From the NCBI GenBank assembly GCA_964355945.1, contig CAYHGE010000001.1, positions 133,486-197,485 of the forward strand: a DNA stretch of 64,000 nt, written 5' to 3'. Origin of the DNA: an uncultured Draconibacterium sp. (GTDB lineage: Bacteria > Bacteroidota > Bacteroidia > Bacteroidales > FEN-979). Position 1 is the stretch's first letter; every line of letters starts with the position of its first letter. A program made the translations under genes and the position numbers. The notes below the pieces were generated by a model, which worked only from the letters and a program-made list of their open reading frames with translations, made no database searches and was not told the origin of the DNA. Shown here in pieces: positions 14,952-25,800 of this stretch.

Positions 14952-16995
14952 ATGAAAGTCTCAGAGTTGAAAAAAATGCTGCCTTATGGCGTTGCAGTCA
15001 TTATTTTCCTTTGCATCACGCTGGTTTACTTTTACCCGCTTCTCGAGGGGAAAAAGATTTACCAGTACGATATCGTCAATTTCAAAGGTGTATCCAAAGA
15101 GATTTCAGATTTCAGGGATAAGACCGGGCATGAGCCGCTATGGACCAACTCGATGTACGGTGGTATGCCTGCCTACCAGGTATCCACCCGTTATCCGGGC
15201 AACCTGACAGGGTATATTGATACAATCCTCAGCCTTGGGCTTCCCCACCCGGCAAACGTTGTTTTTCTATACCTGATTGGATTCTTCATTCTGCTCCTGG
15301 CCATGAAAGTTGATCCCTGGCTCTCCATAGCCGGGGCTATTGCATTTGGGTTCTCCTCCTTCTTTTTCATCATCATTGAGGTCGGGCACAACTCCCAGGC
15401 TCATGCCATTGCCTATATGGCGCCTGTCATGGCAGGGGTTATCCTCACCCTGCGCAGAAAATTTCTCATCGGAGGCATCCTGACTGCGATCTTTCTCTCG
15501 CTTGAAGTAAAGGCCAATCATCCCCAGATCACCTATTACCTGGCAATGATCATCCTGTTGTACCTGGCTTTCAGGCTGTTTCAGTCCATCAGGGAAAAAG
15601 AGGCATTCCCTTTTTTTAAAGCTTGCGGAATTCTGGCAGTGGCAGTCGTCTTTGCCGTGCTTACGAACATAACAACACTATGGGCTACCCTTGAATATAC
15701 AAAGTTTACGGTTCGGGGAAAATCGGAACTGACAACCGACAAGCAGAACCGGACTGCAGGGATTGACCGTGATTATGCCACCCACTGGAGTTACGGCATT
15801 GGGGAAACCATGACCCTGCTGATCCCGAATATGTATGGTGGCGCATCAGGAATGAAGGTTAAAGAAAGCTCGGAGCTGGTCAAAGCCATGCAGAATAATG
15901 GTGTTGAGGAGGGAACGATCCGCCAGTTTATCAGTCAGCCAGTGCCATACCTCTATTATTGGGGAAATCAGCCCAGCACTTCCGGGCCGGTATATGTCGG
16001 TGCGATCATTTGTTTCCTTTTCTTCCTAGGACTTTTTGTGATCAGGGGTTATCTGAAATGGTGGCTACTTGCGGCCACGTTGCTCTCCATCATTCTTGCC
16101 TGGGGGCATAATTTTATGATTGCCACTGATTTGTTTCTTGATTATTTCCCCGGGTACAACAAGTTCAGGGCGGTTACGATGATTCTGGTCATTGCTGAGT
16201 TCACCATGCCACTGATGGCGATGCTTGCAGTGAAGGCGGTTTTGGAGAATCAGACTGATAAGAAGAGAAATGAAAGGGCACTTCAGATAACGTTTGGCAT
16301 CATCGGGGGGATTTGCCTTCTCTTCGCTGCCTTCCCGAGCTTGTTTTTTGATTTTATCTCACCGGGTGATGCGGAGCTTGGCCGACAGTTTCCCGACTGG
16401 TTCATGACTGCTGTGAGGGCCGACCGGAAAGACCTTCTCCAGAGTGATGCACGGAACAGCTTCATATTCATCACTTTTACTGCATTGCTCCTTCTGGGAG
16501 TGATGAAAGGAAAGATCAAAATAGCATACCTTGCTCCGGCGCTGGCACTCTTATTTCTTGCAGATATGTTTACTGTGAGTAAAAGGTACCTGAACAACGA
16601 TAATTTCACCTCAGCCTCCTCACTGGTGGTGCCATATGAGCCTACTTCCGCCGACCAACAGGTTTTACGTGATACGGATCCGGTTGCTGACGTATGCGCC
16701 AAACCTGCTAACCTGTAACTATCGTTCCCGCAACACAGGGCTTGCTGTTTTTTCAGAAATCTGGTATCCCAAAGGTTGGAACGCCTACGTAGACGGGCAG
16801 CTCACTCCGCATTTCCGGGCCAATTATGTGTTGCGGTCGATGGTGTTGCCTGCCGGGAATCACAAACTGGAGTTTCGTTTCGAACCCCGGGTATATGCCA
16901 TTGGAGAAAGAGTTTCAATGGTCAGTTCGCTGTTACTGTTACTCCTTTTGCTAGGCATAGGGCTGAAAGAAATGGTTATAATATTAAGGAGATAG
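14952..16995 (+). pseudogene. YfhO-family polytopic membrane protein, split over two reading frames (frameshift and probably an internal deletion)
   Basis: Frame A (ATG 14952 to the stop at 16718) encodes the multi-TM body. The conserved C-terminal block (LTYAPN...LAVFSEIWYPKGWNAYVDG...FRANYVLRSM..PAG.HK.EFRFEP) lies in the +1 frame (16636-16995) and overlaps frame A by 83 nt. Confidence 0.6.
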
Positions 16996-17002
16996 CTTAT
17001 GT

Positions 17003-17197
17003 TTGTATCTGTTATTGCATCTGTTTTTAAATATTATTTGGAACGAGCAAAAAGGCAAACTCAAACAGAAATTCGCCATCTTAACCGACAATGACCTGAT
17101 GTTCAAAGAAGGCAGGAAAGATGAAATGCTGGGCAGGCTTCAGGCCAAACTTGGCAAAACAAAGGAAGAGCTGATGAAGATCATCGCAACGATTTAA
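17003..17197 (+). CDS. CsbD-family stress-response protein, start codon uncertain
   Basis: It carries the CsbD signature [45 protein letters not shown]. There is no in-frame ATG after the upstream stop at 16985-16987, only TTG, CTG or ATT candidates. Confidence 0.6.
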   Translation: MYLLLHLFLNIIWNEQKGKLKQKFAILTDNDLMFKEGRKDEMLGRLQAKLGKTKEELMKIIATI

Positions 17198-18360
17198 TAA
17201 GTGTGTCCGCCCTCCTCCATCTCAGCAGCATCGATCTTTTTACTGTTGATCGCTCTCCAGGCATACCATATATAGGCGATAACAAAGGGCACCACCAGTG
17301 AAACATAGCTCATGACAGTGAGGGTGTAACGGCTTGACGAACTGTTATGAATGGTGAGTGAACTTTGTAAATCATACGTTGATGGATAATAGGCTGTATT
17401 ATTGAACCCTGCGAGACAGAACAGTGCAAAAACGGTGAGGATGGTTCCTGAACCCGCATACCAGATGCCCGAAGATGCATATTTGTTAATGTCAAGCAGG
17501 GGCAATGCCACGCCCAGCAGAACAAATACAACCCCGCCTGCAAACAACATCAGAACAATTGGCATTTGGGTGAGGTTGTGAAAGTACTTTAAGGACTCTC
17601 CGTAAATTAACCCGGTTTGCCCGCGGACCGCAAATCCGGGCATGGTTAACAAGGCCGCGGTGAAGGCCAGGAAGAAGACCAGGAATGGAATTACATTGAT
17701 CAGCAATTGCTTTTTTGAACGCATTGTAATGTTTTCGTCATCAATGGTATTCATGAAATAGAGGATGCCCAGCACCCTGGCCAGGAAAAATACGGCCAGT
17801 CCGAGGGCCACATTGCGCCAGTTTAAGACTGCTTCCAAACCATGTGCAGGATGCTGCCAGCGTGAAATTGCCGGGTCAAGAAGGTTGGTCAGGGCAGATT
17901 TATTAACCAGGAAGGCTGACCCGGTGAAAAATGTTGCCACAGCAGTGCCAATAAGCACTGTTCCCAGCAATCCGTTGATGATCAGAAACCATTCATACGT
18001 TTTATGTCCCAGGAAATTGTTCGGCTTACTTCGGAATTCATACGCCACCGCCTGGATGATGAACGGAAAGAGGATGGCCATCCAAACCCAGTAGGCCCCA
18101 CCGAAACTGGTGGAATAGAAGAGGGGAAAGGCTGCAAAAAAGGCACCGCCGAAGGTAACCAGGGTGGTAAAGGTGAATTCCCATTTCCGCCCGAGTGTGT
18201 TCACCAGCATTTTTCGTTCAGGTTCGGTTTTCCCGATGGTGTAAATCAACGTTTGTCCGCCCTGGACAAACATCAGGAATACGAGGAGGCTTCCGAGGAT
18301 GGAGATGATAATCCACCAATAAGTCTGCAGTGTTTCGATCGACATGGTTTCAAACATCAT
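17194..18360 (-). CDS. cydB: Cytochrome bd ubiquinol oxidase subunit II
   Basis: It is a 388-aa polytopic protein immediately downstream of cydA, with an ATGA overlap. A GGAGG SD lies within the cydA 3' end. Confidence 0.9.
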   Translation of the reverse strand: MMFETMSIETLQTYWWIIISILGSLLVFLMFVQGGQTLIYTIGKTEPERKMLVNTLGRKWEFTFTTLVTFGGAFFAAFPLFYSTSFGGAYWVWMAILFPFIIQAVAYEFRSKPNNFLGHKTYEWFLIINGLLGTVLIGTAVATFFTGSAFLVNKSALTNLLDPAISRWQHPAHGLEAVLNWRNVALGLAVFFLARVLGILYFMNTIDDENITMRSKKQLLINVIPFLVFFLAFTAALLTMPGFAVRGQTGLIYGESLKYFHNLTQMPIVLMLFAGGVVFVLLGVALPLLDINKYASSGIWYAGSGTILTVFALFCLAGFNNTAYYPSTYDLQSSLTIHNSSSSRYTLTVMSYVSLVVPFVIAYIWYAWRAINSKKIDAAEMEEGGHTY

Positions 18361-19934
18361 TTTTTTCCTCCATCTTTTGGTCCGAGCTTAATCTGTTTGA
18401 TCATGATCATCATTTCTGCAATGAGCAGCACGGTAAATACTGCAGCAAACAACCAGAAAGTGATGATGACCGAAGTAGCATCAATCTTTGAAACGGCTGC
18501 CAGAACTGGCATCAGATCCTGGATAACCCAGGGCTGGCGGCCAACTTCAGCCACCACCCAGCCAGCCTCCGAAGCCAGGTAAACCAACGGAATTGTGAAT
18601 ACTGAGATCCACAAAAGCCAGCGCTGTGCTTCGAGTTTATCATTCTTAACAAGATAAAGAATTATGGCGAACAGCAGGATAAAGTACATTCCCAGGTAAA
18701 CCATGAGGTGAAAACTATAAAAGGTAAGCGGAACATTCGGGATGACACTTTGCGGGGAGTTAAGATACGCATAACCGAACCAGGGGAAGTTTGCATTAAG
18801 TACATCCAATGCAAGGGTGGTCCCAGCTGTATCTTTTGCAACTTTTGCCTCCCGGTATGATGCCAGGGCTGCAACGGCAACTTTTCCCCGGCGGATCTTC
18901 TCTTCCACTGATATTGTCAGCTCTTTCTCTGCCGGATTTACATGGTCAAATCCGGGTTTATAGCCACCGTTTATAATGTTGTCTATGCCGGGCACAAAGG
19001 CATCCGGATTGCGGTATCCCAGGAATGAGAGGAGCTTGGGAAACTCGATTTTAAACAGGAAAGGCTCCTTTCCATCTCCCTGTTGCTTGGAGGGATCCAG
19101 GATGCCGAAGGCAACCAGGCCTGCCCCTTGTTTTCCCTGGTACAATCCTTCCATGGCTGCCAGCTTCATGGGTTGTTTTTGTGATACCTGGTAAGCAGAA
19201 CCATCTCCGGTAAATGCGAGAAACAGGGAAGTGGTAAGCCCGAATATACTGGCTATCAGGATGCTGCGTTTCGCCAGTAAAATATGTCGTTTCTTAAGAA
19301 GGTACCAGGCACTGATGCCGACGACAAATACAGAAGCAGTGACATAGCCGGATGAGACCGTATGAAGAAATTTATTGATGGCGACCGGTGAAAAGAGGAC
19401 TGCCCAGAAATCAGCCATCTCGTTGCGGGCCGTGTCGGGGTTGAAGTGCATCCCCACCGGGAACTGCATCCAGGCATTGGCCACAAGAATCCATAAAGCC
19501 GAGAGGTTGGCGCCGATGGCAGTGAGCCACGAAGCAGCAAGATGGAATCGTTTGCTGACCTTATCCCATCCGAAAAACATGACAGCGATAAAAGTTGACT
19601 CCAGGAAAAATGCCATGATTCCTTCAATGGCAAGAGGGGCACCGAAGATGTCACCGACAAACCAGGAGTAATTCGACCAGTTGGTGCCGAACTGAAACTC
19701 CAGGATGATCCCGGTGGCGACACCGATGGCAAAGTTGATCCCGAAAAGGGTCATCCAGAATTTGGTGATCTGTTTCCACTCAGGGTTCCCGGTTTTGACA
19801 TAAATTGTTTCCATGATGGCAACAATGAACGCCAATCCTAAAGTGAGCGGCACGAATATCCAGTGATAGATGGCAGTTAACGCAAATTGAGCCCTTGACC
19901 AGTCAATAAGCGATAGATCGACATGTTCAACCAT
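18357..19934 (-). CDS. cydA: Cytochrome bd ubiquinol oxidase subunit I
   Basis: The N-terminus is LSRAQFALTAIYHWIFVPLTLGL, and the motifs GWVVAEVGRQPW and a Q-loop region are present. The length is 525 aa. Confidence 0.9.
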   Translation of the reverse strand: MVEHVDLSLIDWSRAQFALTAIYHWIFVPLTLGLAFIVAIMETIYVKTGNPEWKQITKFWMTLFGINFAIGVATGIILEFQFGTNWSNYSWFVGDIFGAPLAIEGIMAFFLESTFIAVMFFGWDKVSKRFHLAASWLTAIGANLSALWILVANAWMQFPVGMHFNPDTARNEMADFWAVLFSPVAINKFLHTVSSGYVTASVFVVGISAWYLLKKRHILLAKRSILIASIFGLTTSLFLAFTGDGSAYQVSQKQPMKLAAMEGLYQGKQGAGLVAFGILDPSKQQGDGKEPFLFKIEFPKLLSFLGYRNPDAFVPGIDNIINGGYKPGFDHVNPAEKELTISVEEKIRRGKVAVAALASYREAKVAKDTAGTTLALDVLNANFPWFGYAYLNSPQSVIPNVPLTFYSFHLMVYLGMYFILLFAIILYLVKNDKLEAQRWLLWISVFTIPLVYLASEAGWVVAEVGRQPWVIQDLMPVLAAVSKIDATSVIITFWLFAAVFTVLLIAEMMIMIKQIKLGPKDGGKK

Positions 19935-20093
19935 GATTGTTTATTATTTAACGATGGCAAAGGTACCGAAAATATTATCGTTTATTTGGATTCAATTCTG
20001 ATAAAAGAATACTGATTTGTTTAATTTTGTAAGATCAATTCAAGAGGTTTTTTTTGTGGTTAATATGTTTAAAACCCCTTATATGAAAACCCT

Positions 20094-22520
20094 ATGTTAA
20101 ATTCAAAAGCCGGCCCGGAAAGTAAAAATAAAACCAATGCCTGCTACCACTGCGGGGAGGATTGTGGCACTGTCCCCATTAATCTGAGCGAAAAGCTGTT
20201 TTGCTGCAATGGTTGCAAAACTGTGTTTGAAATTTTGAGTCAGAGCAATGCATGCGATTATTACAAATATGAAGATCATCCCGGGCTGAAAGCCGGAAAC
20301 CCTGAAGTTGGCAGCAGGTACGCCTATCTGGACAATGACGAGATCAGACACGAATTGCTCGAGTTTTCTGAAGATGGGGTAAGCAAAGTCAAGCTGTTCA
20401 TCCCGGCCATTCACTGCAGCTCATGCATCTGGTTGCTGGAGAACCTGCAACGCCTGAATACCGGAGTGATGCACTCATCCGTTAACTTTGTTAAAAAGGA
20501 AGTGATTGTCACATTTCATGATACTGAGCTGACATTAAGGCAGTTGGTTGAGTTGTTGGTCGCCATCAATTACATTCCTCAACTTACCCTTGACTCACTG
20601 CAAAAGGGTGCAAAGCGGAAAATCAATTATGGAATTTACTACCGGCTTGGCGTGGCAGGCTTCTGCTTCGGAAATATCATGCTGTTCAGTTTTCCGGCAT
20701 ACCTGAGCGTGAATGATGCAGTGGAAAATCTGCTTCGTCATAATTTCGGGTTGCTCAACATCCTGTTCGGCATTCCGGTGGCCTTCTATTCAGGCTCGGT
20801 ATTTATCACATCTGCTTATAAAGGGCTGAAAAAGAAGTTTGTAAGCATCGATGTTCCAATTGCAATCGGGATTCTCGTCCTTTTTTTCAGGAGCGTATAT
20901 GAGATTCTTTCAGGAACAGGCCCCGGATTTATGGATTCGTTGGCCGGCCTGGTTTTTTTCCTCTCGATCGGCCGGTGGTACCAGGATAAAACCTACCAGG
21001 CCTTGTCTTTTGAACGAGACTACCGTTCGTATTTCCCTGTGGCGGTTACCTTAATTTCCGATATGGGAGAGGAGTCGATCATTCCCATCCGGAACCTGAA
21101 AACCGGGATGCGGATGCTGGTAAGAAACCAGGAACTGGTGCCGGCAGATGCTTTGCTTGTAAAAGGTGATGGCTCGATTGATTACAGTTTTGTCAGTGGG
21201 GAATCTTCTCCTGTTGCAAAAAAATCAGGAGATCGGGTCTTTGCCGGTGGCCGGCAGGTGGGAGCATCCATTGAACTCATTGTAGAGAAGGAAGTTGCCC
21301 AAAGTCATCTCACCGAACTATGGAATCAGGATATGACCGGCGGTGAAAAGTTGACCAGGTGGGACTCCATCCTGGATGTGATCAGTCGTTATTTCACCGT
21401 GATGATCCTCGTCCTTTCGACTGTTTCCGGAGTATTCTGGTGGTATTACAATCCCTCCATGACATTTCTTGTGGTTACAGCCATCCTGATTGTGGCCTGT
21501 CCCTGCGCCCTTGCCATGACCTACCCCTTTTCTCTGGGAGGCGCCATGCGGGTTTTCGGAAGGAACAACTTCTATCTTAAACGTACTGGCGTGGTCGAGG
21601 CCCTATCGAAAATTGACACGATTGTTTTTGATAAAACAGGAACCATCACCCGAAACGATGGACTGGGTGCCGATTTTACCAAGCTTGAATCATCCCGGGA
21701 GCAATTGCATTGGATCTCATCCCTTGTGAGACATTCGACTCATCCGGCCAGTGTGGCAATCTACCGTCAGCTTCAGGGTTTTGAAGCATTACCTGCAAGC
21801 GGGTTTGCGGAGATACCGGCCAACGGCATTGAAGGCCACGTTAACGGTCACCATCTGAAAATCGGTTCAGAGGAGTTTGTAACAGCGAATAAAACCATCA
21901 CTTCGGCCGGCAGCCATGTATTCATATCCTGTGATGGAAATCTTCTTGGATTTATAGCGATCAATAATCAGTACAGGGAAGGAATGAAGGAGGTGTTGTC
22001 GGAATTGGCGAAACGCTACGAACTCCATCTGCTCTCCGGCGACAATGATGCAGAGTTGCCAAACCTGCTGGAATTTTTCCCGTCGCGGAACCACCTGAAT
22101 TTTAACAAATCCCCCAAAGACAAACTCGAGTACATCCGGAACCTGAAAACTTCAGGAAAACGGGTTCTGATGATCGGCGACGGGTTGAACGATGCCGGGG
22201 CTTTACGTGAAAGTGATTGCGGGATATCAATTGCTGATGATATTTACCATTTTTCCCCTGCGTGTGATGCCATTCTCGAGTCGGGTCAGTTCAGAAACCT
22301 GCCACGGTTCATTGCTTTCAGCCGTACCAGCATGCGAATCGTATTCCTGAGCATGGGGCTCTCGTTTTTATACAATGTTGTTGGATTGTCATTTGCCATC
22401 ACAGGAAATCTCTCCCCTGTCGTTTCTGCTATTCTGATGCCGTTGAGTTCCGTAACAATTGTTGCGTTTGTTACGGTATCTGTTTTGATATCAGCCCGTT
22501 TTAGTAAATTAGACGCATAA
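20094..22520 (+). CDS. ccoI: Copper-translocating P-type ATPase of the CcoI/FixI type (cbb3 oxidase maturation)
   Basis: The N-terminus has a Cys-rich domain (CYHCGEDC...CCNGC). The TM motif CPC, DKTGTIT and GDGLNDAGAL are present. The gene heads the cco cluster. Confidence 0.85.
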   Translation: MLNSKAGPESKNKTNACYHCGEDCGTVPINLSEKLFCCNGCKTVFEILSQSNACDYYKYEDHPGLKAGNPEVGSRYAYLDNDEIRHELLEFSEDGVSKVKLFIPAIHCSSCIWLLENLQRLNTGVMHSSVNFVKKEVIVTFHDTELTLRQLVELLVAINYIPQLTLDSLQKGAKRKINYGIYYRLGVAGFCFGNIMLFSFPAYLSVNDAVENLLRHNFGLLNILFGIPVAFYSGSVFITSAYKGLKKKFVSIDVPIAIGILVLFFRSVYEILSGTGPGFMDSLAGLVFFLSIGRWYQDKTYQALSFERDYRSYFPVAVTLISDMGEESIIPIRNLKTGMRMLVRNQELVPADALLVKGDGSIDYSFVSGESSPVAKKSGDRVFAGGRQVGASIELIVEKEVAQSHLTELWNQDMTGGEKLTRWDSILDVISRYFTVMILVLSTVSGVFWWYYNPSMTFLVVTAILIVACPCALAMTYPFSLGGAMRVFGRNNFYLKRTGVVEALSKIDTIVFDKTGTITRNDGLGADFTKLESSREQLHWISSLVRHSTHPASVAIYRQLQGFEALPASGFAEIPANGIEGHVNGHHLKIGSEEFVTANKTITSAGSHVFISCDGNLLGFIAINNQYREGMKEVLSELAKRYELHLLSGDNDAELPNLLEFFPSRNHLNFNKSPKDKLEYIRNLKTSGKRVLMIGDGLNDAGALRESDCGISIADDIYHFSPACDAILESGQFRNLPRFIAFSRTSMRIVFLSMGLSFLYNVVGLSFAITGNLSPVVSAILMPLSSVTIVAFVTVSVLISARFSKLDA

Positions 22521-22554
22521 TTGTGAATTTAGACTGAATATAAATGTCTTCAAT

Positions 22555-22570
22555 TGTGTATAATTTCACA
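22555..22570. promoter_or_regulatory. CRP/FNR-type palindrome TGTGT-N6-TCACA upstream of ccoS-ccoNO
   Basis: The 16-bp sequence is TGTGTATAATTTCACA. It is centred about 64 nt upstream of the ccoS ATG. Confidence 0.35.
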
Positions 22571-22626
22571 CTTGTATTTTGGAAATTAGATACTTTAATC
22601 TTTATTTTGCTTCCAGGTAAAATAAT

Positions 22627-22836
22627 ATGAGTGTAATCTTAGTCCTTGTAGCTTTCAGTGTAGTTCTTGCCGGAGGTTTTCTGGCAGCATTTTTCTGGTC
22701 GGTCCGTAATGGACAATATGATGATACCTACAGTGCTTCTGTCAGAATTCTCTTTGATGATGACCTGCCTGTCGAAAAGACCCAAACCGAAACAACACCT
22801 GCCAGCCTGATCAATGAACAATCACCAAACCACTAA
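22627..22836 (+). CDS. ccoS: cbb3 oxidase maturation protein CcoS/FixS
   Basis: It is a 69-aa single-TM protein carrying FFWSVRNGQYDD. Confidence 0.8.
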   Translation: MSVILVLVAFSVVLAGGFLAAFFWSVRNGQYDDTYSASVRILFDDDLPVEKTQTETTPASLINEQSPNH

Positions 22837-22839
22837 TAT

Positions 22840-24999
22840 ATGGAAAATCAGACTTTTTACTATGACAACAAAATTGTAAAAAACTTTGCATATGCCACAC
22901 TCTTCTGGGGTGTGATCGGCATGGTTGTCGGACTTTTACTGGCATTACAATTTATCTGGCCATCTTTAACTTTCGGCATCCCCTACACAACGTTTGGCCG
23001 TATCCGCCCGATCCATACGAATGCAGTTATCTTCGCATTTGTCGGGAACGGGATGTTCACAGGGATCTACTATTCGCTCCAACGGTTATGCAAAGCGAGA
23101 ATGTTCAACGATCTGCTCAGCAAGATCAATTTCTGGGGCTGGCAGCTGATCATTGTATTTGCAGCACTTTCTTTTGCCTTCGGCATGACGACAGGTAAGG
23201 AATATGCCGAATTGGAATGGCCCATCGACATTCTTGTGGCAGTGATCTGGATCGTTTTTGGCTGGAACATGATCGGAACGATCATCAAGCGCCGGACACA
23301 GCATATTTATGTCGCAATCTGGTTTTACATTGCAACATTTGTCACCATCGCCGTGCTCCATGTTACCAACAGCCTCGCAATTCCGGTGAGCCTGTTTAAA
23401 AGCTATCCCATCTATGCCGGGGTACAGGATGCACTCGTTCAGTGGTGGTATGGACATAATGCAGTGGCATTTTTCCTGACTACGCCATTTCTCGGACTGA
23501 TGTACTATTTTCTTCCGAAAGCAGCCAACCGTCCGATTTTTTCCTACAGACTCTCCATTGTCCATTTCTGGGCATTGATTTTTCTCTATATCTGGGCTGG
23601 TCCTCACCACCTGTTATACAGTGCTTTACCCAACTGGGCCCAGTCACTCGGGGTTGTTTTCTCCGTCATGCTGATCGCCCCGTCCTGGGGAGGTATGGTG
23701 AATGGTCTTTTAACTTTACGCGGCGCCTGGGACCGGGTGCGCGAGGATCCAGTGCTGAAGTTCATGGTGGTTGCTGTGACTGCTTATGGCATGTCGACCT
23801 TTGAAGGGCCGTTGATGTCGACAAAGACAGTGAATGCAATATCACATTTTACCGACTGGACCATCGGCCACGCTCATATCGGAGCTTTAGGATGGAATGG
23901 ATTTCTGACGTTTGCAGTCCTTTATTACCTGATTCCCAGAATTTTTCAAACAAAATTATTTTCCGTTAAAATTGCAAACCTCCATTTCTGGATTGCAACT
24001 TTAGGCATCATTTTCTATGCGGTTCCTTTATATTGGGGCGCCATTACACAGGCTTCCATGTGGAAAGAGTTCACCGCCGACGGATTCCTGAAATATCCGA
24101 ACTTTCTCGAAACGGTTACCCAGCTAATGCCCATGTATGTTGCCCGTGCCATTGGCGGTGCCATGTACATCGTGGGTATCCTGCTTGGCGTATACAACCT
24201 GATTCTGACGATCAAGGCCGGGAAATTCCTTCCTGATGAAGCTGCTTCTGCACCTGCCCTGGCCAAAGCTGAAGGGAAACGTGGCTCAGGCGAAGGTATC
24301 CACCGCTGGCTCGAGCGCCGCCCGGTTCAGTTTACCATATTTGCACTTGTTGCGGTTTTAATTGGCGGAATCATTGAAATTGTTCCATTATACCTGGTAA
24401 AAACCAATATCCCGACCATCGCAAGCGTAAAGCCATACACCCCGCTGGAGCTTCAGGGACGCGATATTTATGTACGTGAAGGCTGTTATACCTGCCATTC
24501 GCAGCAAGTTCGCCCGTTCAGGTCAGAAACTGAGCGCTATGGCGAGTATGCAAAAGCCGGCGAATATGTCTATGACCATCCATTTCAGTGGGGTTCCAAA
24601 CGCAATGGGCCTGATCTTTCCAGAGAGGGCGTTGTTGGCGGACGTCAGTACCGACCGAATTCATGGCATTACAACCACATGGAGAACCCACAACGTTTGA
24701 ATGAACAATCGATCATGCCGGTATACAAGTGGCTGATCACTGACGACCTCGATCTCTCAACCACCGCAAAAAAAATCCGCGTGATGCAGACGCTCGGAGT
24801 TCCATATCCTGAAGGGTTTGATAAAATTGCAAACGACGATCTGATGGCCCAGGCCAGAGGAATTGCCGATGACCTGAAAAGCCAGGGCATCCAGGTTGAA
24901 CCGACAAAAGAGATCATTGCCATGATTGCCTATCTGCAAAGGTTGGGCAAGGATGTTCATGCAGCCGGTATGCCAACTGCATCCGTAACTGGTAAATAA
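22840..24999 (+). CDS. ccoN: cbb3-type cytochrome c oxidase, fused subunits I and II (CcoN-CcoO)
   Basis: It is a 719-aa haem-copper oxidase polytopic core (HNAVAFF, HHLLYS, GHAHIGALGW). The C-terminal CcoO part carries the haem c motif CYTCHSQ. Confidence 0.9.
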   Translation: MENQTFYYDNKIVKNFAYATLFWGVIGMVVGLLLALQFIWPSLTFGIPYTTFGRIRPIHTNAVIFAFVGNGMFTGIYYSLQRLCKARMFNDLLSKINFWGWQLIIVFAALSFAFGMTTGKEYAELEWPIDILVAVIWIVFGWNMIGTIIKRRTQHIYVAIWFYIATFVTIAVLHVTNSLAIPVSLFKSYPIYAGVQDALVQWWYGHNAVAFFLTTPFLGLMYYFLPKAANRPIFSYRLSIVHFWALIFLYIWAGPHHLLYSALPNWAQSLGVVFSVMLIAPSWGGMVNGLLTLRGAWDRVREDPVLKFMVVAVTAYGMSTFEGPLMSTKTVNAISHFTDWTIGHAHIGALGWNGFLTFAVLYYLIPRIFQTKLFSVKIANLHFWIATLGIIFYAVPLYWGAITQASMWKEFTADGFLKYPNFLETVTQLMPMYVARAIGGAMYIVGILLGVYNLILTIKAGKFLPDEAASAPALAKAEGKRGSGEGIHRWLERRPVQFTIFALVAVLIGGIIEIVPLYLVKTNIPTIASVKPYTPLELQGRDIYVREGCYTCHSQQVRPFRSETERYGEYAKAGEYVYDHPFQWGSKRNGPDLSREGVVGGRQYRPNSWHYNHMENPQRLNEQSIMPVYKWLITDDLDLSTTAKKIRVMQTLGVPYPEGFDKIANDDLMAQARGIADDLKSQGIQVEPTKEIIAMIAYLQRLGKDVHAAGMPTASVTGK

Positions 25000-25007
25000 G
25001 CCGAACA

Positions 25008-25199
25008 ATGCTGCGGGATGTATTCAAGTCGATTGGGGGCTTCGAAAGCTATGGATTAATCTCCATGATCATTTTCGGTGCGTTCTTTATGATGCTGATT
25101 CTTCACACCATCTCTCTCAAAAAGAAGGATGTAGAAGATTTCGGTCGCATGCCGCTGGATGATAATTCAAAGGAATCAGATAAAATTCAAGACAGTTAA
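25008..25199 (+). CDS. CcoQ-like small membrane subunit
   Basis: It is a 63-aa single-TM protein located between ccoNO and ccoP. Confidence 0.6.
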   Translation: MLRDVFKSIGGFESYGLISMIIFGAFFMMLILHTISLKKKDVEDFGRMPLDDNSKESDKIQDS

Positions 25200-25211
25200 A
25201 AAATATTTTCT

Positions 25212-25799
25212 ATGGAAATGAATCAGAATAAAACCGTCGAAAAGGATGAACTGACCGGTGATAAGCTGCTGGCGGGTCACGAATATGACAACATCAGGGA
25301 ATTAGACAACAACCTGCCAAAATGGTGGGTGTGGATGTTCATCATTACCATCGTATGGTCGGTGGCATATATTTTTGTATATGATGTAATCGAAGCCGCT
25401 CCCTATCAGCAGGATGAGTGGAAAAATGAGATGGCGGCTGCCGGGTCTTCCGCATCCGGCCAGTCTGCAGCACTTATCGCTGCCGACACGATTGCCCTTG
25501 CAGATCAACCCAGTCTGGACGCAGGCAAAGAGATCTGGATTAAGCAATGTAAAGTCTGTCATCTTGAAGGCGGGCAGGGGCTTGTAGGTCCGAATCTCAC
25601 CGATAACTTCGCAATATCCGGATGTTCTTATGCCAATGTGGTAAACATCATCAGGGTGGGAGCTCCGGAAAAAGGGATGATTTCCTGGAAAACCCAACTT
25701 TCTGATGATCAGATCAGAAAAGTCGCCAGCTATGTCATGACGCTCAAGGGTACCACGCCACCAAATCAAAAAGCACCGCAGGGCGAGCCTTGTAAGTGA
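25212..25799 (+). CDS. ccoP: cbb3 oxidase subunit III (CcoP), monohaem form
   Basis: It has the FixP N-terminal motif HEYDNIRELDNNLPKWW followed by a TM helix. Only one CXXCH motif is present (CKVCH). Confidence 0.8.
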   Translation: MEMNQNKTVEKDELTGDKLLAGHEYDNIRELDNNLPKWWVWMFIITIVWSVAYIFVYDVIEAAPYQQDEWKNEMAAAGSSASGQSAALIAADTIALADQPSLDAGKEIWIKQCKVCHLEGGQGLVGPNLTDNFAISGCSYANVVNIIRVGAPEKGMISWKTQLSDDQIRKVASYVMTLKGTTPPNQKAPQGEPCK

Positions 25800-25800
25800 T

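Noticed and set aside
19935-20093. An FNR-type TTGAT-N4-ATCAA box in the cydA / ccoI divergent region (around TTTTGTAAGATCAA).
   Set aside because: Only the right half-site matches. The left half is TTTTG, which is too degenerate in AT-rich DNA to report.
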